Virus record (IMG/VR): IMGVR_UViG_3300035696_000004
Coordinates: 155,773 to 219,772 of that record
Source of the DNA: a virus
Lineage: Duplodnaviria > Caudoviricetes
Length of the DNA stretch: 64,000 bases
Reading direction: 5' to 3' (one strand)
Shown: in pieces, positions 9,665 to 19,568 of the stretch
How the letters are laid out: every line of letters starts with the position of its first letter
How positions within the stretch are numbered: position 1 is the stretch's first letter
Translations under genes and position numbers: made by a program
Notes under the pieces: model-generated
Told to the model about the DNA's origin: nothing
The model's input: only the letters and a program-made list of their open reading frames with translations
Database searches by the model: none

Positions 9665-10600
9665 TTACTTCACGTTCTTGTATACGAATTTGATACCAGA
9701 CGTCGACAGCAGGTGTTTAACCAGCTGTAGCGGGCGAGAACCACCCAGAGGGATTTCTTTTCGATTGACCAGACTCTCCACATTGCTCGGCATGACAGCC
9801 GACATGAGATTGTGCAACAGGTGCCGGTGAGTAAACGGGCTGTTGTTTCGATCCAGTAGTTCCGCTGTCACCTCAGGTCCTACGTACGAGGTATACAGAC
9901 GGATCTCAGCTTCACCCAATGCTCGAACGGCATTGTTACGGCACGGCATGGAATACTTATCCGTGTTGGTTACCTGAGACAGGACACCAAAGTGCTGGTA
10001 CTTACCGGACGATACGGCAGCAGCATCATCACCGATCTTTTCAAGCAGCATCATGTACACACTACCGATGCGCACAGGGGTCTCTGTAACACCAGGAACC
10101 CCGTACTCATCTACATAGGTCACAGGTCCGTAAACGGGTGCATAACCTCGACTTTCACAATGTCGAATGATATCGGAATATTCATTCTCGTTGTCGGTCG
10201 GGTAGTAGATATAGATGCCTTTCTCAACAATAGATGCCAGATGGCCTCGACGACGAGCAAGTTTGTCCGGTCTCGCCATGATCAAGCTATGCATCCGGGC
10301 AGAAACGCACTCGTAGTAGCCCATGAGATAGTCCCAGATCCGATTGAGTTCATCGGGTTGCTGAGTTTCCATCTGAACAATGCGTTCGAGAGCGCCTTTG
10401 TAGTCGCCTTCCTGAACACCCAGCATTCTACGCACACGCTTGGAGACATCACGACTTGCTGCGTTGATGTATTGCTCGTAGAGACGGCTCACGTTCATCC
10501 GATTGACGGTTGAAAGGCCGTCCATCACGATGTCTGCACGATTACCTTCCGAGTCCACGGGCATTTCTTCGGGTTTGGCAATGTAGCAGATGACGCCTTT
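9665..10600 (-). CDS. rpoB: Non-virion RNAP beta C-terminal subunit, exon 2 (phiKZ gp71-73-like)
   Basis: Starts AAA GGC GTC (KGVI) right after the intron terminal G; PVDSEGNRADIVM, YMMLLEK and ALGEAE are RpoB C-terminal motifs. Confidence 0.85.
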   Translation of the reverse strand, partial: KGVICYIAKPEEMPVDSEGNRADIVMDGLSTVNRMNVSRLYEQYINAASRDVSKRVRRMLGVQEGDYKGALERIVQMETQQPDELNRIWDYLMGYYECVSARMHSLIMARPDKLARRRGHLASIVEKGIYIYYPTDNENEYSDIIRHCESRGYAPVYGPVTYVDEYGVPGVTETPVRIGSVYMMLLEKIGDDAAAVSSGKYQHFGVLSQVTNTDKYSMPCRNNAVRALGEAEIRLYTSYVGPEVTAELLDRNNSPFTHRHLLHNLMSAVMPSNVESLVNRKEIPLGGSRPLQLVKHLLSTSGIKFVYKNVK

Positions 10601-11978
10601 CCTTTTGTCCACTTGATCCGTTGTGTCTCCCGACACGCTCTATCAAGCCGGTGCGATTCCTGGCACCCGCCTCAGGCTTTCCCTGAGGAGCAGACTATAT
10701 CTTCACCTCCAGCATGACCTGGTAAGGTGCTTCCTATTTCCCCGGAGATGGCTATCTCCCGTGCACCTAAGCACTGACCCACTTGAGTGGTACACCGTGG
10801 TAAGCGGTTAGTCGTTGAACTCCTCCCATTCTCGCTGTCGTAGCGAGGGCAGGGGTTAGCTGCGGATTACCCAATCTTTGCCTCTTTTACCGTACCTGAA
10901 TGATTAGTTCAGCCCTCACGATCATTTCTAATCATGAGTTGGTGTGCAAAGCTCTCAGGGACTTCCCGTCAATTAAAGAAGGTTTCATTAACTATTTCTA
11001 ATTAATGAGGCGGGTTGTGAAAATCCATCCATCCAGATTCTTGTCGGTATCTAATCGACTTAAAATACTGGAACGATCGACATTAAAATGCCTAGCACAT
11101 TGAGTCAACGATCCAAACTCCATTGTTTTCCCGCCTTTACTAGCGCACAGCGGGATTGCGCTGGTGCCCTTCAGACCGCGATCGTAGCGATACGGTGTTT
11201 CTGAATAGCTGTCTCGAACGTTGAATTCTTTATCGGGATAAATCTCATTCCCGTACTGCGCTAACACAGGGATTGATTTTCCTGGAGCCCCGTATAACTG
11301 GTGGCGCTTCAGAAGTTCCCTTGTCGAATAAACTTCCTCTATGGAACCGTTCGAATCTTTCACTGTAACCATGTACCTCGACGGGGGTACCAGTTCAGTT
11401 CTATTTTCATAAAACCACGGTTCAGGGTCATTCGCACACCGGAACTCATACTTCCCGGCGACTAACTTCCCAAACATTTTTGGTCGCAGATCTACTATTC
11501 TGACGTCTTTCCCTAATCCCATGAATTCAGCAGCTTGAGTTATCGAGTGGAAATAGGACACTTCTCCTGTGAAGTAATCTCTAACTCTACACGGGATGTT
11601 GTCCCGTCTCAACCCGCTATTGACAGCATGGTAATTATTCCCGGAGTAGCTTGTCCATTCGAGGTTTTCGTACCAGTTATTTCCTGGATGAGCGTCGATA
11701 TGGTTCACAACGGTAAAATTATCAGGATCGGGATTATAAACCCATGCCAAAGCGACTGCTCTATGCACGGGCAAGGTCTCTGTCTTGGATCCTCTGAAAG
11801 TATCCACGGCGAGATAGCCATTAAGAAGATAAGGGGTGAGCATTATCTTTCGTTCTACTGAAACGATTGTGCCCACTCTGTCCACGGCATAATGTTCATA
11901 TCCCGGAATTATCCGAAACATTTCATCTTCCATTCATGCTCCTTTCAACTAAAGGGATGAACGGACTTTCACAATTCC
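10601..11978 (-). mobile_element. Group I intron with HNH ORF in the nvRNAP beta gene
   Basis: P aattgacgggaa, Q aatccgcagc, R gttcaacgacta, S aagatatagtc; 5' exon ends in U with a U-G pair in a P1-like hairpin; ends in G; splicing restores GFKLTDTAGG|KGVI (RpoB GDK..GRHGNKGVI). Confidence 0.88.
10998..11933 (-). CDS. Intron-encoded HNH homing endonuclease (NUMOD4-HNH-NUMOD1 type)
   Basis: IIPGYEHYAVDRVG; VHRAVALAWV..VVNHIDAHPGNNWYENLEW; C-terminal EFGSLTQCARHFNV helix-turn-helix. Confidence 0.88.
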   Translation of the reverse strand: MEDEMFRIIPGYEHYAVDRVGTIVSVERKIMLTPYLLNGYLAVDTFRGSKTETLPVHRAVALAWVYNPDPDNFTVVNHIDAHPGNNWYENLEWTSYSGNNYHAVNSGLRRDNIPCRVRDYFTGEVSYFHSITQAAEFMGLGKDVRIVDLRPKMFGKLVAGKYEFRCANDPEPWFYENRTELVPPSRYMVTVKDSNGSIEEVYSTRELLKRHQLYGAPGKSIPVLAQYGNEIYPDKEFNVRDSYSETPYRYDRGLKGTSAIPLCASKGGKTMEFGSLTQCARHFNVDRSSILSRLDTDKNLDGWIFTTRLIN

Positions 11979-13190
11979 ACCACCAGCCGTATCAGTCAGC
12001 TTAAACCCGATGTTCGGCGTGATCTCGTATTCAATGACGAATTCGATTCGCCAATCATCCAGAGCTTCCTTGCGGTAGTTCTTTTTGATCGGGTCACGTT
12101 CGGCCATCGTATTGTGGCCGACTACCGAAATGGCTTCCACTTCCATCCGATGAAGTTCCCGGGTGATGTTCAACTTCCCGTGACGCTCCCTTCGGATGCG
12201 GCGCAGCTCATCCAGAATACCTTGGTAAAACTCTCGACGACCTTTGTCGTACTTGAGCAACTGGGTATCCATTCCGACGGGTAGGCCGACCGTATTGCTT
12301 CGGTTCTCGTGCCAGACACGGATATCTTTGATGCGACCACCCGGTCCCGCGGCATAAACGAGGTCATCGAAGACATAGTTTATTTTCCGCAGACCATAGG
12401 CACTTTGCTCGACCAGTGCAAGATCCAAGTCATAATCTCGCAGCGCCAGCAAGAGTCCGTCTGGTCTTACCTCTTCCCCAATATCAGGGAATGCTTTGAA
12501 AACCTCGTCTGTCCCCATCAGGTTAAGTGGGAAATTATTGAGCCCAAAGGAAGCCGACCTAACTTCGTACGTCTTGAACCGAAGCTCTGGCAAGACATCC
12601 TCGCAGATCATGATTCCGTCTTCAGCGACGGCTTCATGTGAGAGATAGGCGATATTGAGCTCACGCCCAAAGCAATAGTTTCCGTTCTCCGTGACAGCCG
12701 GGGAATCAAGAAAGATTTCTCCTTTTTTGATTTCTTCTCCTCGACGGAGTCTGGAGTACGGTTTTTTCTTGACGTAATCGAAACCGAAATACTGATGCTG
12801 AGAACAATAGTTCGTCAGATTGATCATCCCAATCTCGTTATTGTCCTCTCTTTCGTACAAGACCACCGTTTGCGGATTGATCTTGATCGAGTCAACATCA
12901 TTGGTTCTCTGATATCGTTCGATCTTTTTCAGGATACGCCCCTGATGAGGCATCTTCACTGAGAAGGTATATTTCCCGAATTCACGTTCCATCCCTGTTT
13001 GAATTCGGCGTTCCGTCATCCCCTTTATGATCAGGTACTGTCCGATATGGCTTGCAAACATCTGGACCCGTGAACTGGAAATCGCTCCAATGAACGGATT
13101 CAGGCCGCACGTATCGAGAAACTCCCGCCGGAGTTGGTTCTGTTCTCGATACCATGGCAAATCACTATACGTCAGCGTTTCTTGACTCAT
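11979..13190 (-). CDS. rpoB: Non-virion RNAP beta C-terminal subunit, exon 1
   Basis: SSSRVQMFASHIGQ, GRELNIAY, EDGIMI; frame stops 9 codons into the intron; spliced product about 715 aa. Confidence 0.85.
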
Positions 13191-13243
13191 TACAGAACCC
13201 TTGTTTAGGTTTTGAATCTTCTTACTGGACACAACTACTAATT

Positions 13244-13269
13244 AGTAATATGTGTCTGAAACATTTTGG
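13244..13269 (-). promoter_or_regulatory. Putative phage early promoter
   Basis: Gene strand ccaaaatgtttcagacacatattac upstream of the nvRNAP beta gene. Confidence 0.55.
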
Positions 13270-13277
13270 AGAGTTTT

Positions 13278-13625
13278 ATGGCGACCGATATTAGTAACCT
13301 CATGGCAGGTACGACACAGCTCGTATATTACGATGAAGATTTTCGAGCGGTCTTGGAAGACCACATGACGATACTCCAAACCTACACCAATACCGTGAAG
13401 GTCGCTATTCAACCTGGCGATGCGGCGACCTTTGTGAACGACTTCTACGGGCTCATGGCGTATCTGGGTGAGCCTCCTCAACGGCATTGGCTATTGATGC
13501 GGATGATGGGATTCACATCCCCTGACCAAAGCGATGAAACGCTCACCTATTACTTGAAGCCCGATACGACGTTTGTGGAGCGACTTCGCTCGTACTACAT
13601 GACCAATCATACCGTGAAGGCTTGA
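13278..13625 (+). CDS. Conserved phiKZ-like hypothetical protein
   Basis: ATG after SD ggagag; 115 aa; ends at a bidirectional hairpin at 13673-13707. Confidence 0.65.
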   Translation: MATDISNLMAGTTQLVYYDEDFRAVLEDHMTILQTYTNTVKVAIQPGDAATFVNDFYGLMAYLGEPPQRHWLLMRMMGFTSPDQSDETLTYYLKPDTTFVERLRSYYMTNHTVKA

Positions 13626-13722
13626 GTTGGGTTAATACAAAGTATGTATGGTGAAAGTAAAAAAGAAAAAGACATAGGAGAGAGGGGCGAACCCCTCTCT
13701 CCTTATGCTCTCACTTTACGAC

Positions 13723-15024
13723 TTAGAACCCAGGACCGCGACGACCGCGACCGTACGGATCAGGACGTCCAACGCCACGACCCGCGGTTTGACCGCCATT
13801 ACTCAACGTGGCACGCCCGGCGCTCGGAGGTGCACGACGCAAGACCTGGCCACGCCCCAGCCAGGGTTGAGCGGCTTGCTCGTTTTGGTACGGATCGTTG
13901 TACGGATCACGTTCATACCGTTGCTGCTGGTATTGCGGCTGTTGCCGAGCGAGGTGACGTGCGGCGAAGTCCGCGAAGTCCGCACCGCCCTTTGCCGTTT
14001 TCGCAGGAGTGACCGGTTCGACACGGCCACGAGGTTCCGGAACAGCCATCCCGATTTCAGCAGCCGTCGGTTCAGCACGCTGTTGACGAGTGACGACCGG
14101 ACGATCTTCTACCTCCTTGGCAGCTTGCTTGATCTTGTTGAAAGCCGGTGCACCTTCATTGCCAGGAAGCATCGGAATCATCCGGATCTGGTTGAGCAAG
14201 ATCTTCATGTCTTCGGCAGTAGGTACCCAAGCCATGTCGAACTTCAATGCATTCATGCCGGGGATGCCATCCCCGAACAACTCACACTGCGCATTGATTT
14301 CTTTTGCCAGATTCCGACCCAGTAGCAGCAACGATTCGAAGTACGGTGCAAACTTCGAATCACTCCCCGCGTAGTAGTTTTCGGGATGTTCGAGGTCCGG
14401 GAAGAGATACTCGAGAACCCCCAAGAGCGTATCGCGGGCTTTATTGCTGATCTTGACGCCGTGGAATTCTCCTTTGGCTGCCTTCAGTGCTGTGTAGAAC
14501 GGGAAAGATACAATCCCCGCGCGAGCGAACACCTGCTCGCCGATATGACCGCTTCGCTTCAGGTAGATCTTGACGAAGAGTTCATCTTCCTTGGTGGCCG
14601 GAATCTTCGACATGATGCTCTTGAAGGCCTGGATGGTCTTCTCATCGGCTGCCGACGCTTTCGACAGAAAAACTTGCTGAGGCGTCGAGAGCTTGGTTTG
14701 TTCAGCAGGCGAGGCGGCCAGTTCGAGCAGCAATTTGACCTGTGCGCCGATCACCTGGTTGAACCGGATGTTCATGGCCTTCCTGAACCGAGTCAGGACT
14801 TCAGATTCCCCGCAGGAAACCTCCTCCCAGCCCGGATGGAACGCGACACGCTTCGACCAATCCGAATCTGCCATGTGCTCGCGACTCGGCAAAACGAGTC
14901 GCTTACCACTCATGGTGAACGGGCGGTGGTTACCGTTTACATCTTGGGTGGATAGGCAGTCATCGCTGGTGACATGAAATCCAGCGAAGGTCAGGACACT
15001 GCGATAAAACTCGATCAGATCCAT
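13723..15024 (-). CDS. phiKZ gp70-position protein with disordered R/G/Q-rich tail
   Basis: 433-aa ORF between the gp69-like gene and the RNAP beta gene; tail ends RGVGRPDPYGRGRRGPGF. Confidence 0.7.
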   Translation of the reverse strand: MDLIEFYRSVLTFAGFHVTSDDCLSTQDVNGNHRPFTMSGKRLVLPSREHMADSDWSKRVAFHPGWEEVSCGESEVLTRFRKAMNIRFNQVIGAQVKLLLELAASPAEQTKLSTPQQVFLSKASAADEKTIQAFKSIMSKIPATKEDELFVKIYLKRSGHIGEQVFARAGIVSFPFYTALKAAKGEFHGVKISNKARDTLLGVLEYLFPDLEHPENYYAGSDSKFAPYFESLLLLGRNLAKEINAQCELFGDGIPGMNALKFDMAWVPTAEDMKILLNQIRMIPMLPGNEGAPAFNKIKQAAKEVEDRPVVTRQQRAEPTAAEIGMAVPEPRGRVEPVTPAKTAKGGADFADFAARHLARQQPQYQQQRYERDPYNDPYQNEQAAQPWLGRGQVLRRAPPSAGRATLSNGGQTAGRGVGRPDPYGRGRRGPGF

Positions 15025-15042
15025 TTTCTTTTCCTTGTTGTC

Positions 15043-16515
15043 TTAATAGCCGCTAAACTGCCGACCCGATTCATAACCACTACCGGCGAAATCTTGCGGG
15101 AGCGATATTGTCGGAAGAACTTCGTTGATGAAGTTCTCAAACCGCTCGGCTGTCGCTCTGACGTGCTGATTGTTGTACGCGAAAACCGGGGTGGCCAACG
15201 AGTTACTGAACGACGGCGCCACGAAACGCTCCGTCGGATAACCATCCAGCTCGATATCGATGATGGTATCGCCCATGAGGTCGAGAGTCATTTCGATAGC
15301 AAAGCCAATTTCACCTTGGTAGCAGATATCGTTCAGTACTTCGCAGATGGTTCGAATCCGGAGATTCTCGGCAGGATAGGTCAGATCCATGTTCGAGAAA
15401 CTGCGCAGACCCATGGGTTGGAAGGCCACTTGGGAGTTCATGGTTCGATTGGTGGCTTTGAAGGCAGCCCACGTCAGACCCGATTCCATCATGATGCCCG
15501 GGATCGATTGACTCAGGATGCAGGCGACCTGCGTGATACGGTCCCGACCGTCCCAAGGACTGGTGTCACCAGCATGATGCAGCCGGTTCCGTTCCAGATT
15601 CGGCATGATGATCGCTTCGGTCACGTCTTCGTAACCCGGAGACAACCGTTCCAGATCACGCAACGTGAAGTAGTTCGTCGAGGCCACACCTTGGATACTG
15701 GCCAGCGATTTCAGGAACGTGTCGTTCATCACAGCGGCTTCAGCGACCTGATCGCCATTACGGGCATCGCTGAAGATCGAACCGCCTGTTTTCCCGAGAG
15801 CCATCAGGGATTGAGCATCACGATAGCTCGACAGGATACGGCTGGTATAGACCGCCGAATTGGCGTTGCCATAACGGCTCTTGCGGGGCGCCGCTGTGGA
15901 CATCGTACGACCATCGATCACATCACCTTCGTCGTCCGGAAGATGTGTGGTTTGCATCTGAGCCAACAGGTCGGTCGGGCGCATCATGACCTGGTTGTTG
16001 GTGTCGATGACGTTTGCGTAGCTGTTGTTGGCGAGCAGTTGGCTGGAGTTGGCGATCACCGACCGGGGTTGCGTAACGCCATGGACGCGCACCATTTCTT
16101 CACGGATGAGGGTCGTCGAGTTGATGTAGAACTCGAGATCCGGATTGATGGTTTGTTGCAACGTGATGTCGCGCGATGCGCTGTACCCCATTACCAGCTC
16201 GGTGATCTTGCTCCCGCGAAGGTTGTCCGTTTCGACTTCCATCATGAAACGGAACCGCGGCTCATTCCAACCTTCCGGAATCGGAATGATATCCTTTTGA
16301 TCGACAGCGATGGCTGGTGCCAAAATCTGATTGGCCAGGCCCGATACCGCCATCGAGCTCAGATCCTGATTCTGCTCGATGCGTTCCGCGATCTGATTCA
16401 CGGCGTCGTGGGTAAAGTGCGCTTCGAAAGGACGCGAAAACTGCGCCCCATACGTACCCGTTTCGTGGATGAAAAAACGGGTGATTCGAACACTGCTGTT
16501 ATCGTCGAAGAACAT
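15043..16515 (-). CDS. Probable phage-nucleus import factor PicA/Imp1 homologue (phiKZ gp69 position)
   Basis: 490 aa, immediately downstream of the gp68-like subunit; identity rests on synteny and size only. Confidence 0.55.
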   Translation of the reverse strand: MFFDDNSSVRITRFFIHETGTYGAQFSRPFEAHFTHDAVNQIAERIEQNQDLSSMAVSGLANQILAPAIAVDQKDIIPIPEGWNEPRFRFMMEVETDNLRGSKITELVMGYSASRDITLQQTINPDLEFYINSTTLIREEMVRVHGVTQPRSVIANSSQLLANNSYANVIDTNNQVMMRPTDLLAQMQTTHLPDDEGDVIDGRTMSTAAPRKSRYGNANSAVYTSRILSSYRDAQSLMALGKTGGSIFSDARNGDQVAEAAVMNDTFLKSLASIQGVASTNYFTLRDLERLSPGYEDVTEAIIMPNLERNRLHHAGDTSPWDGRDRITQVACILSQSIPGIMMESGLTWAAFKATNRTMNSQVAFQPMGLRSFSNMDLTYPAENLRIRTICEVLNDICYQGEIGFAIEMTLDLMGDTIIDIELDGYPTERFVAPSFSNSLATPVFAYNNQHVRATAERFENFINEVLPTISLPQDFAGSGYESGRQFSGY

Positions 16516-16558
16516 GGGGTTTTCTTTCGTAGAAACGTGTTATCGTTAACTGCGCTTT

Positions 16559-18157
16559 TTAAAGTTGTTGAGTTCGGCTCGCCAGCGCTTGATCTCTCTG
16601 GATCTCTACCATCTCGAGAGCGAAACGTGCCAGATTGATCTTGAACTCGTAACTCAGGGAATAGTACCGAGAATTCTTGTTATTGGTCACGGTACTCAAC
16701 CATTCATCCGGGATTGTCAGTAACCATCCGTTGGCTTTGAATTGTTTTTCCAACGAATCTATCGCTTGGATTGCATGGTTTTTCTGCAAGTCCAGCTTTT
16801 TGCCAGACGTCTTGCGGCGATACGGATAAAACTTATCGAACTCTTCGAGCATGCTCTTGGGGATGCGCGCCCGACTGTCGTCCAACAGCACCGTCGGTTG
16901 GTCAAACGACCTTCTTCGATTGGTGTTAATGGCCGTGATCAGCGCAGCCAGCTCGTAATGACCACGATGCCAGAGAATGGCTTGTGCGACAGCCAAGAAT
17001 TCCACCAACGTCGAGACATCGAAGTGCTCACTCGAGTGGGTCGGGATCCGAATCGACATGACCATTTGAGCGATCTTCTCTTGGCAAGGTTCCAAGGTCT
17101 GACCAATGAGGGCTCTTGCCGATGTCAAGGACGCAGTCACCAACTCTTTCGGGATACCAGGCGCCAGCGCCTCGGCCAGTTTGTACGGCTTGTGGATAGG
17201 AGATTCGATAATTGCGATATCCCCATCCGTGACCTTCATCTTGATCTTGACGTTTTCCAGACCCGAGAGATTGCTTTCATCATTCCCGTTATCCGTCGGA
17301 GCACGCTTGTCTTTGATAGCACCTTTGAAGTTGGTATCGATCCCTTTCAGTCGATTGCAGACGAACTTGAAGATGACCTTCCCAAAGGCCTTCTTCGGAT
17401 CAATACCACGGATATCCATGCTGGAAATCTTTCGCACAATGAGGAGTGCGAGAATCCATTTTGGGATATCTTCGGAACTGATGCCGGCGATAATAGCACT
17501 CGCTAGCTTCTTTCGATCCGCCGGGAGCGAATCGATCACGTAGTCACGCAACCGAACCATAGCACCCGAGTTATAGAGCGGCGTCTTGCCCAGGAGCTGG
17601 TACGCCTCGTACTCTTTCCAGTTCGTCCCGGCACTGCGTTTGATCCGGGCAATGTACTCACCCCAGACCATATAGATCGGACGTAGGATAACCGACAAGG
17701 CGAGGATTTTCTTGTAGTCGTCCCGCAGGATGGTTTTGGTTTTGTTACCAATCATCCCATCAACGAATTCATCCGCCAGATCCGTTGGGATCGTGATACC
17801 AGATCGGAAATACACCCAATCTGCCAATTTGGCAGGATCGTGGAGTTCGACGAGCTCGGCGATATCGTCCATGAGCACGAGGGAGAGATCGTGTTCATCG
17901 AGAATCGATTCGAGGTGGTCTTTGATCTTCGACATCGAATTGAAGATGTCGCCCTGTTGTTCGTTCGGTAACGTCGACCAATAGGCGTTGATTTGTTCGA
18001 ACGGGTCGTAATCGTTCGAGTCGTCATCGTCGCGGCTATTGGTATTTTTTTCGATCAGAACAAACGTAACACGCTGTTCGTTTTTATTCTGGTCGAGACC
18101 AATGAGATGTGCTTCATTGGCGACGCTATCAAATAGTACCCCCACTTTCAAGCGCAC
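16559..18157 (-). CDS. nvRNAP specificity subunit (phiKZ gp68-like)
   Basis: 532-aa helical protein with size and position matching gp68; promoter motif upstream. Confidence 0.6.
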   Translation of the reverse strand: MRLKVGVLFDSVANEAHLIGLDQNKNEQRVTFVLIEKNTNSRDDDDSNDYDPFEQINAYWSTLPNEQQGDIFNSMSKIKDHLESILDEHDLSLVLMDDIAELVELHDPAKLADWVYFRSGITIPTDLADEFVDGMIGNKTKTILRDDYKKILALSVILRPIYMVWGEYIARIKRSAGTNWKEYEAYQLLGKTPLYNSGAMVRLRDYVIDSLPADRKKLASAIIAGISSEDIPKWILALLIVRKISSMDIRGIDPKKAFGKVIFKFVCNRLKGIDTNFKGAIKDKRAPTDNGNDESNLSGLENVKIKMKVTDGDIAIIESPIHKPYKLAEALAPGIPKELVTASLTSARALIGQTLEPCQEKIAQMVMSIRIPTHSSEHFDVSTLVEFLAVAQAILWHRGHYELAALITAINTNRRRSFDQPTVLLDDSRARIPKSMLEEFDKFYPYRRKTSGKKLDLQKNHAIQAIDSLEKQFKANGWLLTIPDEWLSTVTNNKNSRYYSLSYEFKINLARFALEMVEIQRDQALASRTQQL

Positions 18158-18208
18158 ATGTTCCCCCTTTACTCCGTATTAGAAAACACTGGATTACAAG
18201 CTCATTTC

Positions 18209-18234
18209 AGTAATATGTGATTGAGATATTCTGG
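18209..18234 (-). promoter_or_regulatory. Putative phage early promoter
   Basis: Gene strand ccagaatatctcaatcacatattact. Confidence 0.65.
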
Positions 18235-18308
18235 ACTCCTACCTAAAAGACATGAAGGCAAATCCCAAACCGTGAGGCCTGGGATTTGCACATCAAGACG
18301 TATGCCGA

Positions 18309-18722
18309 TTACTTGGCGGCTTTGGCGTAGGCGACTTCAGCGGCCACGTAAGCAGCCAGAGCAACAGCACCGGCAGAGCCAGCTTGGAACTGGCTGGCAT
18401 TGCGGCGCGTCACACCCAGACGCGCGGTCAGGGACTTGCCTTGGTAACCGGCGGCCACGTTCGCCAGATAGGTACCGGTGTTTTCGTCCCAGTCGACCGT
18501 TGCGACGGACAGTCCGCGGCGATCGAAGATCTGGAGACCGTTCGGGGTTTGAATCCCCGAGAAGGAATAGTCCGGATTCCCGGACGAGGTGACGATTTCG
18601 AGGAACACGACTTCAGCGATCGTATCCTGGACAGCAGCGTTCTGCGGCGAAGCTTCGTCCGCGGTCAGCGAGATGAGGTTGCCGGTCGCGCCCGATACCA
18701 GCGGAAGGGAAAGCAGTGCCAT
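18309..18722 (-). CDS. Hypothetical protein, Ala/Gly-rich
   Basis: 137 aa, SD aaggag, strongly biased codon usage. Confidence 0.65.
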   Translation of the reverse strand: MALLSLPLVSGATGNLISLTADEASPQNAAVQDTIAEVVFLEIVTSSGNPDYSFSGIQTPNGLQIFDRRGLSVATVDWDENTGTYLANVAAGYQGKSLTARLGVTRRNASQFQAGSAGAVALAAYVAAEVAYAKAAK

Positions 18723-18774
18723 TTGGAGCTCCTTTGGTTAGGCTCTTTGGGTAAAGAGCCATACGATTTTCAGA

Positions 18775-19515
18775 TCAGAACGGCATGTCGTCATCGATCT
18801 CTTGTTGTCGCTGACCACCGCCGTTGTTGTTGTTCCAGTTGCTGCCGCCACCATTGCCACCGTTGTTGCTACCCTGGTAACTGCCGTTGTTGTTGTTGTT
18901 GCCGCCTTGATTCGGGCGCGGACGCGGCGGAACCAGTTGTTGGGTCGCGATCGTGGAGAGCAGACGTTCGAGCACATTGCAGCGGCCGGTAGCATCCAGA
19001 ACGGACATCTCGGCTTCGCTGAACTGTTCGCCAGTTTTGTGGTAGTACGCATGCCAGTCGTTGGTGCCGAACTTGAAGACGATCCGCGGACGGGACTTGT
19101 CGTACGCAACGATGCAGATGTAGACGACACCATTGGCATCCTTGCCGACGTAGGTGGTCGACTCGACCATTTTGCCATCGGGTTTCTTCTGGACCCAGCG
19201 CTGCTTCAGGTTTTCGATCTTGAAGCCGATTTCTTTCTTTTCCGGTGTCGGCACGAAATCGATCGCATGGCGCAGCAGGATCAACATCTTTTCGAAGTTC
19301 GGAACATCCATGTTGGCCGAGATGCGACCACTGTCGGCATCACCTTCCACATTGGTCCAGACGGTGATCCGCGGTTCACCTTTGTTGAAGCCAAACCGCA
19401 GTTGGGCTTTCTTCCCGTGATCATTGTCGGCGGTCATGATCAGTTTCGGGTTGTCGAAGCCGGTCATTTCTCGTTGCTGACCGCCATTGTTGTTGTACTC
19501 ACCAGCCATGCTCAC
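18775..19515 (-). CDS. Single-stranded nucleic-acid-binding protein, probable ChmC homologue (phiKZ gp67 position)
   Basis: Beta-rich core, Asn/Gly-rich disordered tail, SSB-like terminus DDDMPF; upstream of the gp68-like gene. Confidence 0.55.
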   Translation of the reverse strand: MSMAGEYNNNGGQQREMTGFDNPKLIMTADNDHGKKAQLRFGFNKGEPRITVWTNVEGDADSGRISANMDVPNFEKMLILLRHAIDFVPTPEKKEIGFKIENLKQRWVQKKPDGKMVESTTYVGKDANGVVYICIVAYDKSRPRIVFKFGTNDWHAYYHKTGEQFSEAEMSVLDATGRCNVLERLLSTIATQQLVPPRPRPNQGGNNNNNGSYQGSNNGGNGGGSNWNNNNGGGQRQQEIDDDMPF

Positions 19516-19568
19516 TCCCTTCAGGTAACTTGATTCGCTGTATCATTAGATATCTCAGCGACGTATTT

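Noticed and set aside
10601-10636. MSGDTTDQVD N-termini of track ORFs 9665..10636 and 60738..60980 as true gene starts
   Set aside because: They lie inside the conserved intron 3' tail; treated as exon 2 of spliced genes, with the alternative kept only as a speculative finding.
15349-15359. ggttcgaatcc, a tRNA T-arm-like motif
   Set aside because: Antisense within a coding gene, with no acceptor, D or anticodon arms.
18820-18905. aac/ggc-type short repeats (also cag runs near 1960-2320) as a repeat array or CRISPR
   Set aside because: They are codons of Asn/Gly and Gln low-complexity protein regions; no repeat-spacer structure exists anywhere in the window.
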